A stretch of 50,626 nt of DNA, from positions 1 through 50,626 of the forward strand of contig JALJEE010002538.1 of NCBI GenBank assembly GCA_023231475.1, written 5' to 3'. The translations under genes and the position numbers were made by a program. The stretch is from Seison nebaliae (lineage: Eukaryota). Shown here piece by piece: positions 1 through 9,685 of this stretch. The notes beneath the pieces were generated by a model. It did no database searches, was not told where the DNA came from, and saw nothing but the letters and a program-made list of their open reading frames with translations. The stretch's first letter is position 1. Every line of letters starts with the position of its first letter.

Positions 1-1
1 G

Positions 2-133
2 AGTGGTGGATCGATGACAACGTTGAAAGGTGAAAAGATTTCTTATTCTTATACTTCTCCATCTCTCAATAAAGATGGTGTCAGTGCAACATTCCCTCAA
101 TTCCACGATTTATACAAGAAAATCTTCCCATAA
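2..133 (+). CDS. 3' end of an unidentified gene running in from the left edge (SGGSMTTLKGEKISYSYTSPSLNKDGVSATFPQFHDLYKKIFP*)
   Basis: Open frame from base 2 to TAA at 131-133, followed by an AT-rich UTR-like tract. Product not recognised. Confidence 0.4.
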   Translation, partial: SGGSMTTLKGEKISYSYTSPSLNKDGVSATFPQFHDLYKKIFP

Positions 134-373
134 TTTTCAGACAATTTCTCGTTTTATATCTCCTCCCCATTCCCTAATTTATATTAACGAAATTTATTAA
201 ATAAAAATCGAATTGTTATTTATTTTTCTTATCATTCAAAAAAAAAAAAGAGATTATAAAAAAATTTACAAAACAAATTACATAAATTTCTCAGAGAACG
301 ATCATCTTCTTATTATTGTTGTTGTTTGAAATTGTTTGAATTGGATTGATAATTTTGAATAAAACGATTATTA

Positions 374-682
374 TTATTCGTAAGCGACCGTACTCGTTTC
401 ATAGATAGCATCATCTGTTAATGAATCACTAAATCGATAAGGATCATCTTCAGGATCTCGAATCTTTAACGACAAATGATAATAGTTCCACAACGACCCG
501 CCAATAGCCAATACGACTGAGATTGGCAACATGAAGAAACTGCAAATTTTCAGTGTAAAATTCTCAGTTTCATTGTAAACGATTCCGATGATGACGAAGG
601 CAAAAAAGAACAAGAAGACTGCCAACATTAGTAGCCAAGTACCAGGTCGGAATGTTGGTGGTCGACCGAAGAATCCGGCCAT
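374..682 (-). CDS. Small two-transmembrane protein, 102 aa, uncharacterised
   Basis: ATG-to-stop ORF, GC-richer than its flanks, with two hydrophobic segments (WLLMLAVFLFFFAFVIIGIVY and ICSFFMLPISVVLAIGGSLW) and an acidic Tyr-containing tail. Confidence 0.7.
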   Translation of the reverse strand: MAGFFGRPPTFRPGTWLLMLAVFLFFFAFVIIGIVYNETENFTLKICSFFMLPISVVLAIGGSLWNYYHLSLKIRDPEDDPYRFSDSLTDDAIYETSTVAYE

Positions 683-1143
683 ACTTTCCTCGCTAGCTCG
701 AACAACGATAGAAGTGAATTGAGTAAAGTTTGATGATGAAGTGAGACGCAGGAGAATGTTTATTTATTCTCTCCACCCTTATCTCTACTTCACTTTATTG
801 ACATTTGTTTATTTAGGAGAATATTCCTTCGAAATAGACGGGAAAATAATCATGTCATAATTTCTCATTTATTTAAATATCTCAATTTATTTTAGTTGAA
901 TAAATTATGAGTCGGGGGACGACTCGACACATGGCCTAACGACTACACTTGAAAATGACTAACAAAAATTTAATTCAAAAGAAAATTTAAAAAAGAATTC
1001 CTAAAAATTCTTTGTTTGTTTTAAGAACATGTGTAATTCCTTTCATCCATTTCTCTAATCTACGTCGTTGATATGAAATAAACATATTTATTAGGTCGAG
1101 TAACGTAAATAAAAAATTATGGAAAAATCAGCCAAATAACATT

Positions 1144-1760
1144 TTACAAATGATAAACACGATCTGGTTTATTCGTTTTATGACACATCTTCATCAATGC
1201 CACAGTTATCTGAAAAAGAGAAACAATTAAAATTTTATAAGTTGAATATTTAAATAATTAAACCGAACCACCAAAACTATAATCATTCCAACAACTGCGT
1301 ATGCCAAATATTCCTGCAACTTCTTTTTCATACTGATTTTATCCTTTTTGTATTGATCGAATAATCGGAGAATAATTTCCTTCCGTCCACTCTCCAATTC
1401 GAGTGACAAACGATAAATCTCCGACGAATTGTACAAAATCGAATTCGTTTCCAATAATTCCTTCACAATGTTATGAGTTTTATTCAGTCGATCATCAGTC
1501 GAATTAGTGGAAGCGTAAATTTTGACATATTCCTCGAAAAACTTTTTGGGAACTAAACAAATCTGTTCGGCGTCTTCGATTCTCATTTTGTCGTCAGTTT
1601 GTTCTTTCGCTAACGATTTGATAAATTGTTCGATGTAGGACGGGAAAAGATGTAGAATCGTCAAATTATTTTTCTGCTCATCTCCAAATTCACTTGAGAT
1701 CGATTGGTGGATGTTGGAGATAAGAAGAATGAAAATAATTGAAATAGTTTTCAGTTTCAT
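1144..1760 (-). CDS. Type I single-pass membrane protein, about 185 aa, 2 exons (1760-1269, 1209-1144)
   Basis: Signal peptide MKLKTISIIFILLISNIHQSIS. Removing a 59-nt GTTCGG...TTTCAG intron (1210-1268) completes the TM helix YAVVGMIIVLV|ITVALM and adds the tail KMCHKTNKPDRVYHL*. Confidence 0.65.
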
Positions 1761-2224
1761 TCTAATTTCGAAATGCTTGAAGGAGATAATAGTTTCCTCC
1801 TAATAATTCTGTTTGAGCCGTTGAGTTTCTCTTCGATTTCTTAGAAGTTTCAAGATGTCACCGTCTGGAATCCAATTTCCCACCTTCATCGAATGAATAT
1901 CATAAACTCGTCTGGTTTGGGATAATAGAGGATGTTGTCGATGTACATTTGTTGGAGTATTGAGATGTAATCTTTGAACTTTCTCATTTCAACATTTTCT
2001 CCGTATGAGAAATCTTCTCAAAATAAGAGTAATCATTGGAAATTGATTAATGTTATTCACTCCAACTAGAAATAGTAATTACATTTTAACGATAATAATC
2101 TCCGTGTCGTCAATCGAAGGAAAAATTTCCTAACAGAAATCATTCAATTTAATCTCAACCAATTTCTACTGTTAATTAAACAGTGGGCAGGGTGTGTAAA
2201 TCTCATAATTTTGGTAGTTAAATC

Positions 2225-3225
2225 GGTAACCGGACAGATCGCAACCCTATATAAAAATTTTGTAGAGGACGGTTCTCAACTCAAATAAAGGGACAGTTCT
2301 CAACCTCAAAACATACTGGTCTGGAATCTAGAAAAATCTGAAAAGATTGTAACCGTACATAAAAATTCTCAAAAAGACAGTTATTAAGTCATTATTATGT
2401 AATTATATAAATTATTATTATTAATTAATTATAAGAATATATAACCTAATAATAAGAATAAAGATTTTTCCAAATTTAAGATTTTAAATTTGTTCAGATG
2501 AAAAATTAAGATTTTGTTATTTATTGTTTGAGATGAGTTCAGTTGATGGTGATGACAAAGATGTGGTTGAAAATGATAATGAACTAGTTGAAGATGATGC
2601 AGATGTTGCAAGGAATTCCTGAGGAAGGAATTCATTTGGTGGTAAAAATCTCCTCCATTTTTCTTGATTTGAAAAATTCTCCATTTCTTTAGTAGTTTAA
2701 TGTTGAAGATTTAGCAAATAACGACAAAAGAACCAATTTTTATGGTAGTAAATTTTGTTTTTTATGGTAATATATATTTTATAATATTTCTAACACGATT
2801 AGTCGTGCACAATATAACTCTATTTGTGTATTAACTGGATGGCTTAGGCTTTGTTTGTAATCTTTAACCTAGAATCATTATTCCAGATAAACCGATCTAA
2901 TGAACTGCATAAAGTGACGGACATATTATATCTTAAATTTAAAAACCATTGAAAAACTAAGTCAAGAAATGTCCTAATTATCAGTTAATAAGTATCCTCT
3001 GGAGAATTCTATACTATCAGTCCAGTTCAATTTTCAGTATGTTTTGACGTTGAGAACTGTCCGAAATTGAAAAAAAAAGTTGATAACTTTCTGAAACGTC
3101 TATAGAAGGTTGAAAACTGTCCGAAAAATTATTAAAAGGTTGAGAACTGTCCGAACGAATAAAAAACTAGGCTGAGAACTGTCCTCTACAAATTTTTATA
3201 TACGGTTACGATCTGTCCCCTAATC
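2225..3225. mobile_element. Non-autonomous DNA transposon (MITE), Merlin-like
   Basis: Imperfect TIRs of about 55 bp (left GGTAACCGGACAGATCGCAACCCTATATAAAAATTTTGTAGAGGACGGTTCTCAAC; right, reverse-complemented, GATTAGGGGACAGATCGTAACCGTATATAAAAATTTGTAGAGGACAGTTCTCAGC). Subterminal GGACAGTTCTCAAC repeats at both ends. Perfect 8-bp direct repeat GTTAAATC at 2217-2224 and 3226-3233. Confidence 0.85.
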
Positions 3226-3859
3226 GTTAAATCCAGTCCAAATATTTCATTATCATTCTTATTGTGAGCAATCTCCTCCGGACTGAAATATCATTTTATA
3301 TAAATTCAAATTAAGAATAATTATGTTAAAGTTTCAATTTATTAAGCTGTCTTATTATTTTATAATATATTATTATAGTATAATAATATCGATAAACAAT
3401 TAAAATGAATTTTATTGAAAGAATATTTTATCTGATTTTCCTATCGATTACAAGTTATACGATTATATCGAACCATAGAAATGAAACGTATAGGATTTCC
3501 AGTCTTCCGTTACTTCGTTAGAGTATATTTCTTCTATTTCCATTTTTTTCTATATGAAAATCGATGAAATAATATATGATTTGGGAGTTTGAAGTGAAGA
3601 AAAAAGAAATGATTGGGACACAATTTATAAACGTATAATTTTCTTACATAATCACAACAAAAAGACTGGAATAGCTGGAGTGGGAAGGAGAACATGCAAA
3701 ATAATAAATATAGGTTTAAACTTTAGGTCAATCGTCGATAATGATGATCAACAATCTTACACGAAGGAAGGTTAGAGAAATGTTCCTCTCAACTATTCAA
3801 TCAACGATTTTTTGTGCCGCTTCAGAAATTGTGCCACATTGTTAGTATCAATACAAATT

Positions 3860-4680
3860 TCATCCATAATACTTCCAATATTGATCGATGGTTTCATAAG
3901 AAGATTTATACGGTAGGGGATATACGACTAGAAAGTATAATGCATAGTATAATAGAAAATTGGGATGATGATTTTATGACATAATAGTCGTATATTTAGT
4001 ATTATAGTACGAGTTAGGTTATTCGACACTCAGGAAGTTAACTTTCTGATTGCTCTTCTTAGAATTTCTTATGTATCCAATTCTTAAAAGATTAATAATG
4101 ATCACCCTCGCGATATGAATTCGTATCGTTCAATATCTGTTTCTAGTGGAATGATTAAATTGATCGAAACCATCATTAGATACCGAATAGAGAATATTTT
4201 ATTTTTTGCTAAATGTCAATTTGCTAATCGATCTACCGACAGAGGCGATCTGTTTCCAACAAAGAAAAATTCAAATTTATAACATGCTTTCAGTATGTCG
4301 ATGTGATGAATATTAATTATGGAATTGAGATACTTAAGCAGAGAGATGTCGATGAGAATTATCTTCGTTTCATTAAACGTCTCTCTAAGGAATCGTTTAA
4401 ACAAGTGAAAGAGAACCGGTGTTTTGGGAGAGAATAAGACAAGGTTCCATTTCGCCACCGTAACATTTTAGGAAGATTTTATACAATAATGATGTCGTCA
4501 ATCGTAGATTGTCATTCGTCATCCATGATGGGAGTTATTTTCCATTTTATGCATATACTCATGATATGGCGTTATGTTCTAATAATACCATTTTTATTTC
4601 GGAATAATAATAATTTCGGTTAATTCAAGTAGAACTTGGGCAATGTAACAATTAATCATATCAATTAAATGTAAGGTATT
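3860..4680 (+). pseudogene. Decayed non-LTR (LINE) reverse transcriptase
   Basis: Hand translation across stops and frameshifts gives RT motifs in the correct order: MNSYRSISVSSGMIKLIETIIRYRI...CQFANRST (cf. NYRPISL...K.E..I..R...QFGF...RST), RIRQGSISPP (cf. GVRQG..LSP) and YAYTHDMAL (decayed YADD). Confidence 0.75.
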
Positions 4681-4849
4681 TATAGCGATAATTAAAAAAA
4701 AATGAAATCCAAGTCAGAATTGTCGTTTATCTGACGTTTTTTATTAATTTAGAAAATCTATAAACACAAGGAAATAGTACCATCAATTTCAAAGGAATTT
4801 GAAGAAAGTAGATTTAAAAAAAATTTTATTCGTAATAATTTTCAATTTG

Positions 4850-5280
4850 TAACTTGTCAGAATAACTGACCAATTGGAATTGTAAAACCGAAATAGGAAC
4901 GGAAATTTTTTTTTCCATTTAACTAATATTTAAATTAGATTAAATAAATGTATTGTAAGTGTCTATATAAAGACGACAACGTAGAAAATTGGAAATATAT
5001 TTTAATCGGTTTTTTTTGCGCTAAAAAAATTATAGTTGGGAAGTTGCGGGGGGAACAAGGGAAATAAAAATGAGAGCGCTTCCCTTCGTTCCCTTGGAAT
5101 ATTCGATGTACGAATATGGCTGGGGAAAGAAAAGAATCCCAGTCATTTTGAGTGGAACTGGATGTATCTTCAATTGATTACCCATTGGCTACTACTTATA
5201 CTAATGAAATTGTTGTGGAAGTGAAAAGATTTCGAAACCATTAATATTCTATCTTCAATTTGTTTCCCATTCTTTCAAAT
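4850..5280 (+). pseudogene. Possible decayed Mutator-like (MULE) transposase fragment
   Basis: Fragments FFHLTNI, YKDDNVENWK and KMRALPFVPLE occur in the order typical of invertebrate MULE transposases (CxFH...YK.D...ALxFxP), but in different frames and with stops. Confidence 0.35.
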
Positions 5281-6734
5281 AAAATCGTTCTTGTTTTCTT
5301 CTTCGGTTTCCCTTTTGTTGTTAGCATGACTAAATTTGGCTTAAATGCTGAAAGTGGGAGAGTCGGCCTGTTAATTAATAGGATTAGTCCATTTAATTTT
5401 TAGCAGAAATGTTGATTGGTTGTTCGGAATAGTTATATTAATCTTTTTCTCAACGATCAATTCCAACGATTGAAAGTAATGCCAACCGAAATGCTCTTAC
5501 CTTTAGGAATGACATTCGGAAATATCTCAAAATCCTTCAACCTGATTTTCCATGACCAATAAAGAAGTAAATTAAAATTTGAGAGATTAATAATTGTCAC
5601 TAACCATACTATATTAACACTAACATAATTTTTTATAACCCTATGAATTTAAATTTGAGAGCTGATCGACCGGGTACTTCCCTTGTAAGCTAAATAAAGT
5701 TATTTGAGGAATGTGAAAATTATGAAAATTTTTTTATGAACAATTTCTTGCGCATATAAGTACGTCATCATGTATATGGTATAAAACCATCATATACATA
5801 TGACATGTTTTAATATCTGAATATGAGTATTAATGTAATATTAATATGAATATATCTTTATTGGAGAGTATTGAACTTTCCAATTTCCGTAAATTTAGTA
5901 CATCTTTTTACGAGAAGTTAATTTTGAATATATTCGAACTGGAAAAAAACGGAAAAGTATCATCTTCTCATAAAATCTGATATTTCCAATTGTTCACTCA
6001 ATCAAAAATTCAACGGTTTAACACCAAACTAGTAATAATAAATACATGAATTGCTTGTCCGATCGGAATGATTTGTTTCGATAAAAATTCCATAATTTCC
6101 ATCAAATGAATGATCATGTCTCAGACGCTCTGATGCTCTATAGAACGACGAGAATTTTCATTAGTCTTTACTGTTAAAAGAGGAAGGAGAAATAATTTAA
6201 CGAGAGATAATGTCGTTTTGATGATAATCATGAATAATTGTTGACATTCATATTATTGATTACTATGCAATTTACACCATGTTCTTCGGGGGGTGTTAAA
6301 GTGAAATTGGAGTATTTGTGCTCAAAAAAACAATTTTAATAAGTTCGAACTACTCATTCGAAGAGACGGGGAAGAGAGGAGAAGATGTTCATGGGAACAT
6401 CTTCCAATTTCCATGATGGTCGGATTATAAATATGACGAAAATACGAGAATTATTCAAATAATTAGAGAGAATTAATTTGAAAGTTCAAATGACAATAAT
6501 CCAGTCACGTCACCATAAAAAGTCAAGCGCATTCTCGAAGAGGCACATTTCGTAAAAATTTTTTTCAAATATTATTTCTTTCATTAGTGGTGGAGAAGGA
6601 AGAAGATCATAAGATGGAATTGTAAGTCAGTTTTATTTCTAGTAATTCTTCTTTTTTGACGCTTGGATTGAATTAAATAGAAAGTTTCTATTAGAAAAGA
6701 TGGAAGTGAATGGGATTGGAAAGTGAAAAGAATT

Positions 6735-7453
6735 ATGATTTTTTTAAGTTCACTTTTTCATCTCATTATTTCGACGAGTACAGTCCTCTCGTGTAACAAG
6801 GGCGGTCGTGATGATTCGTTAAAACAGAAAGTTCCCAATAATCTGTTGATAATTTAAAGAAAATATAAATTGTATCTGAATGAAATAAAGCGAGTGGAGG
6901 AAATGAGGAAGTTGGAGGGTGCGATGCAATTTGTGAAGACTGACGAGCATCTTTTCGAGAAATTTTATCGACACGACATTAATAAATTGGAGGTGCAATA
7001 TCGGACGTCATTGGAGAGGGAGTTGATGGGATATTTGTCACAAGATAATAAGTTTAAATTTAGTAAATAGTTTTAGATTTAATCGATAATCATTTTCTTC
7101 GAATTGTTTTCATTTTCGCTCTTCTTTTTCTCCACCCATCATTATTGATTTAATTACGGATGTATTTAATGGAAAACGATTTGATTAGAATTCTCACTTA
7201 TTTCGAAAAGAAAGTCACTTACGACGTAATGCAAGCGTACAACGAGTCGATACGGAGTACAGTGGGCGAAGCTTCGTCGGCCATGTTTGAGCTGACTCAC
7301 TCGTCCGAATATATTAAACAGAAAGATCTAGCTATGCAATACAGTCGACTGGCTCTATTATTAGAGAAGAGAATGCACGTATACGACTTGCTAATGCGTC
7401 AGATTCAGCCCCTTTTAACTAAATTAAGTGGTAACGTAAGCAACGAAACATGA
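6735..7453 (+). CDS. Uncharacterised, probably secreted helical protein; multi-exon, splicing only partly resolved
   Basis: MIFLSSLFHLIISTSTVLSCNKGGRDD joins ORF 6870-7070 through a 42-nt GTTAAA...AAAG intron. ORF 7160-7453 has similar coding-like composition, but I could not find a clean junction to it. Confidence 0.5.
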
Positions 7454-8008
7454 ACGACATTCGACTCATTCAGTCTTCATGCCATTGTCTTCCTGTTCAA
7501 ATTGATTTGTATTGACTTAATTTCACTCATCTTCCTTCTCGTCATCGAGCAAATAATGAATTCATCTCATTCTTTCTTTCTTATTTGAAACGATTTTTAA
7601 ATATCAACTTTTTTTTTCTCACAACTTGACAAGTGCAAACAGGAGAACATTCAAATTGAATGAAAACTCGACACAATTTAGCCAGAAGCAAAATTTACTA
7701 ATCATTGTTAAGTGACATGCTTCCATGCATTATAGTGACAATCATGCAACTTTCTCTTCCTACGTAACTTATATTAAATTTCATTTTCTTCTTCTTAACA
7801 ATTCCTCCATTTTCAATTTTCTTCATTCCTCAATTCTCCTCCTTTATCAAACGCTCCTCCTAATTCCAATTCTCATTTGTTTCCCATTTCCATCTAATCT
7901 GAAAACTATCTGAAATTATATCTCTTCATTCTCCATTCCCTACAAGATTCTCACACATTTCAACCATTCGGTCAACAACAAACGAATTTAAATTAAAAAA
8001 AACAAATC

Positions 8009-8449
8009 ATGAAATTCCATTTAATTATTCTTCTATTCTGTTCACTCCTTTGCGAGATGATGAATGGCGCCTATCTGCAAAAGAGTGTTAGACATTCAGC
8101 ATCATCATCGGACGACTGTTTATTGTGAATTGTTTAGATTTCTGGAAAGAAACATCAGAATTCCATGCAAGAAGTTCCAGTTAAAATTTTTTTAAAAAAA
8201 TTTTTGGGAAAATTTTTAATATTTTTTCAAATCAATTTTTAGAAAGACTTTTTTCTTTATTTCTACAAAAGTGAATGGGAGTCGTGTGTGAAGAATTTGG
8301 CGAGTGTCAAATCGAACCGATCGAACGTCCTCTCGTCATTGGAAAATTTGCGACGCGGACCCGTCAAACGAACGGAAGGAGCTTATCAAGATTTATGTTT
8401 TGATCCTGATACCGAACAAATCGGCTTCTGCGATGTTAGTCATCATTAA
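8009..8449 (+). CDS. Small secreted propeptide, putative neuropeptide or hormone precursor, about 108 aa, 3 exons (8009-8086, 8138-8179, 8243-8449)
   Basis: Signal peptide MKFHLIILLFCSLLCEMMNG and two phase-0 GT-AG introns. The last exon encodes ...LENLRRGPVKR-TEGAYQDLCFDPDTEQIGFCDVSHH*. An alternative in-frame donor at 8174 is possible. Confidence 0.65.
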
Positions 8450-8828
8450 CGAACATCCCTCTCACACGCCCATTCAGATGTCATATTAATCGATGGATAA
8501 TGATGGAACTCAATAAATTTTGCCATTTTAGATCATTTTTAAATTAAAAAGAGAATGAGAATTTCAATGCGAATTTTTTTTAGAATTTTTTTCATTTTTA
8601 CTTTGTTTGAATAAATTCCCGATTTTTTACTTTTAACAATCTCTTCATTACACACATCAGACGAAAAGTGAATGTGTAAAATTTAACGGAAATCAAACCA
8701 TTCGCCGCAGAAATATTCAAAATAATTTGTCAAAATTCAAATAAAATTCCAACACTTTTTCTTTATTTAAATAAAAAATTATATTTTTTTGAAAAATATC
8801 TTCTCGTCATTTTTTCGTTGCATCTGAT

Positions 8829-9313
8829 TTAAGCGGCATTGTTATGCAAGAGTAGACGGAAAACATCATTCAAAATGTACCAGGATTGATCGGCTTGTTT
8901 CAATAGGAAGGATTGTGTAAAATTATGGACTGGATCATTGTCCGTTTTCAATAAACCGATAACGACGATTAAGATCGATTGATCCATCGTCAATTGAGTA
9001 TCGAATTCGGTGACATGATGTTCCACTTTGCGGAATGTTAAACTCTAAAAAGATGATGTAGAAAAAATGATGATGATGATAATAACGTTCAATTTCTCCA
9101 TAATATTCTTATTTCCCCGATATTGGATGCCTTCAAATGTCATTAAAGAACATTCATCGTTAGGCACCTGATGAAACGGAAATGAGAATGAGGAGAATGG
9201 GAAAAAGATGGAACGTAAAAATTGGAGAGATTTTCACGATTCTCCGAATCAAATCCGGCGTAATATTGTTGGACGAATGCAGCGGCAACTTGTTTCGCTT
9301 GTTCGTTATCCAT
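8829..9313 (-). CDS. NUTF2: Nuclear transport factor 2, 131 aa, 3 exons (9313-9215, 9167-9087, 9044-8829)
   Basis: Spliced product MDNEQAKQVAAAFVQQYYAGFD...SLMTFEGIQYRG..NIMEKLN|SLTF...VIGLLKTDNDPVHNFTQSFLLK...ILNDVFRLLLH has the NTF2 hallmarks. Introns are 47 and 42 nt. Confidence 0.93.
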
Positions 9314-9685
9314 TCTTTGAGGATGGAGTTCTCTGAAGAAAATTCTTTTTTTTTCGAAATTTTATGTCGAAAACGAAAGATGTGCGGCTTATAATTTGTT
9401 GATTTTTAAATGGACATTTCCTTCACGTACGAAATGACGACGGCGAATTAAAGGAGAATGGAAGTAGGCTTGACGGGAGAAGGAAAGAAGAATTGATTGG
9501 AATTATTATTCCATCAATTTATTCCATAGTTATGGAACTCATGATGGAAATTTCATATTTTATTTAAATTTTGAAAAAAGTTCTGATATAATTTTCGATA
9601 ATTTGAATGGGAAATGAAATTTAGAGAGAATGAAGAGAATGGGAAAGCAAAGAAAGGAGAGTGATGGCATCAAATTTACGATTTG

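Noticed and set aside
909..1106. Possible tiny inverted-repeat element (ACGACTCGAC ... GTCGAGTAACGT)
   Set aside because: The match is too short and imperfect, and I found no TSD.
7071..7159. Possible non-canonical acceptor joining ORFs 6870-7070 and 7160-7453
   Set aside because: No junction can be fixed without transcripts. Two separate genes, a downstream AG or an assembly error are equally possible.
8087..8137. In-frame TGA/TAG after a signal peptide, suggesting selenocysteine, readthrough or a frameshift
   Set aside because: Both stops fall inside a 51-nt phase-0 GT-AG intron.
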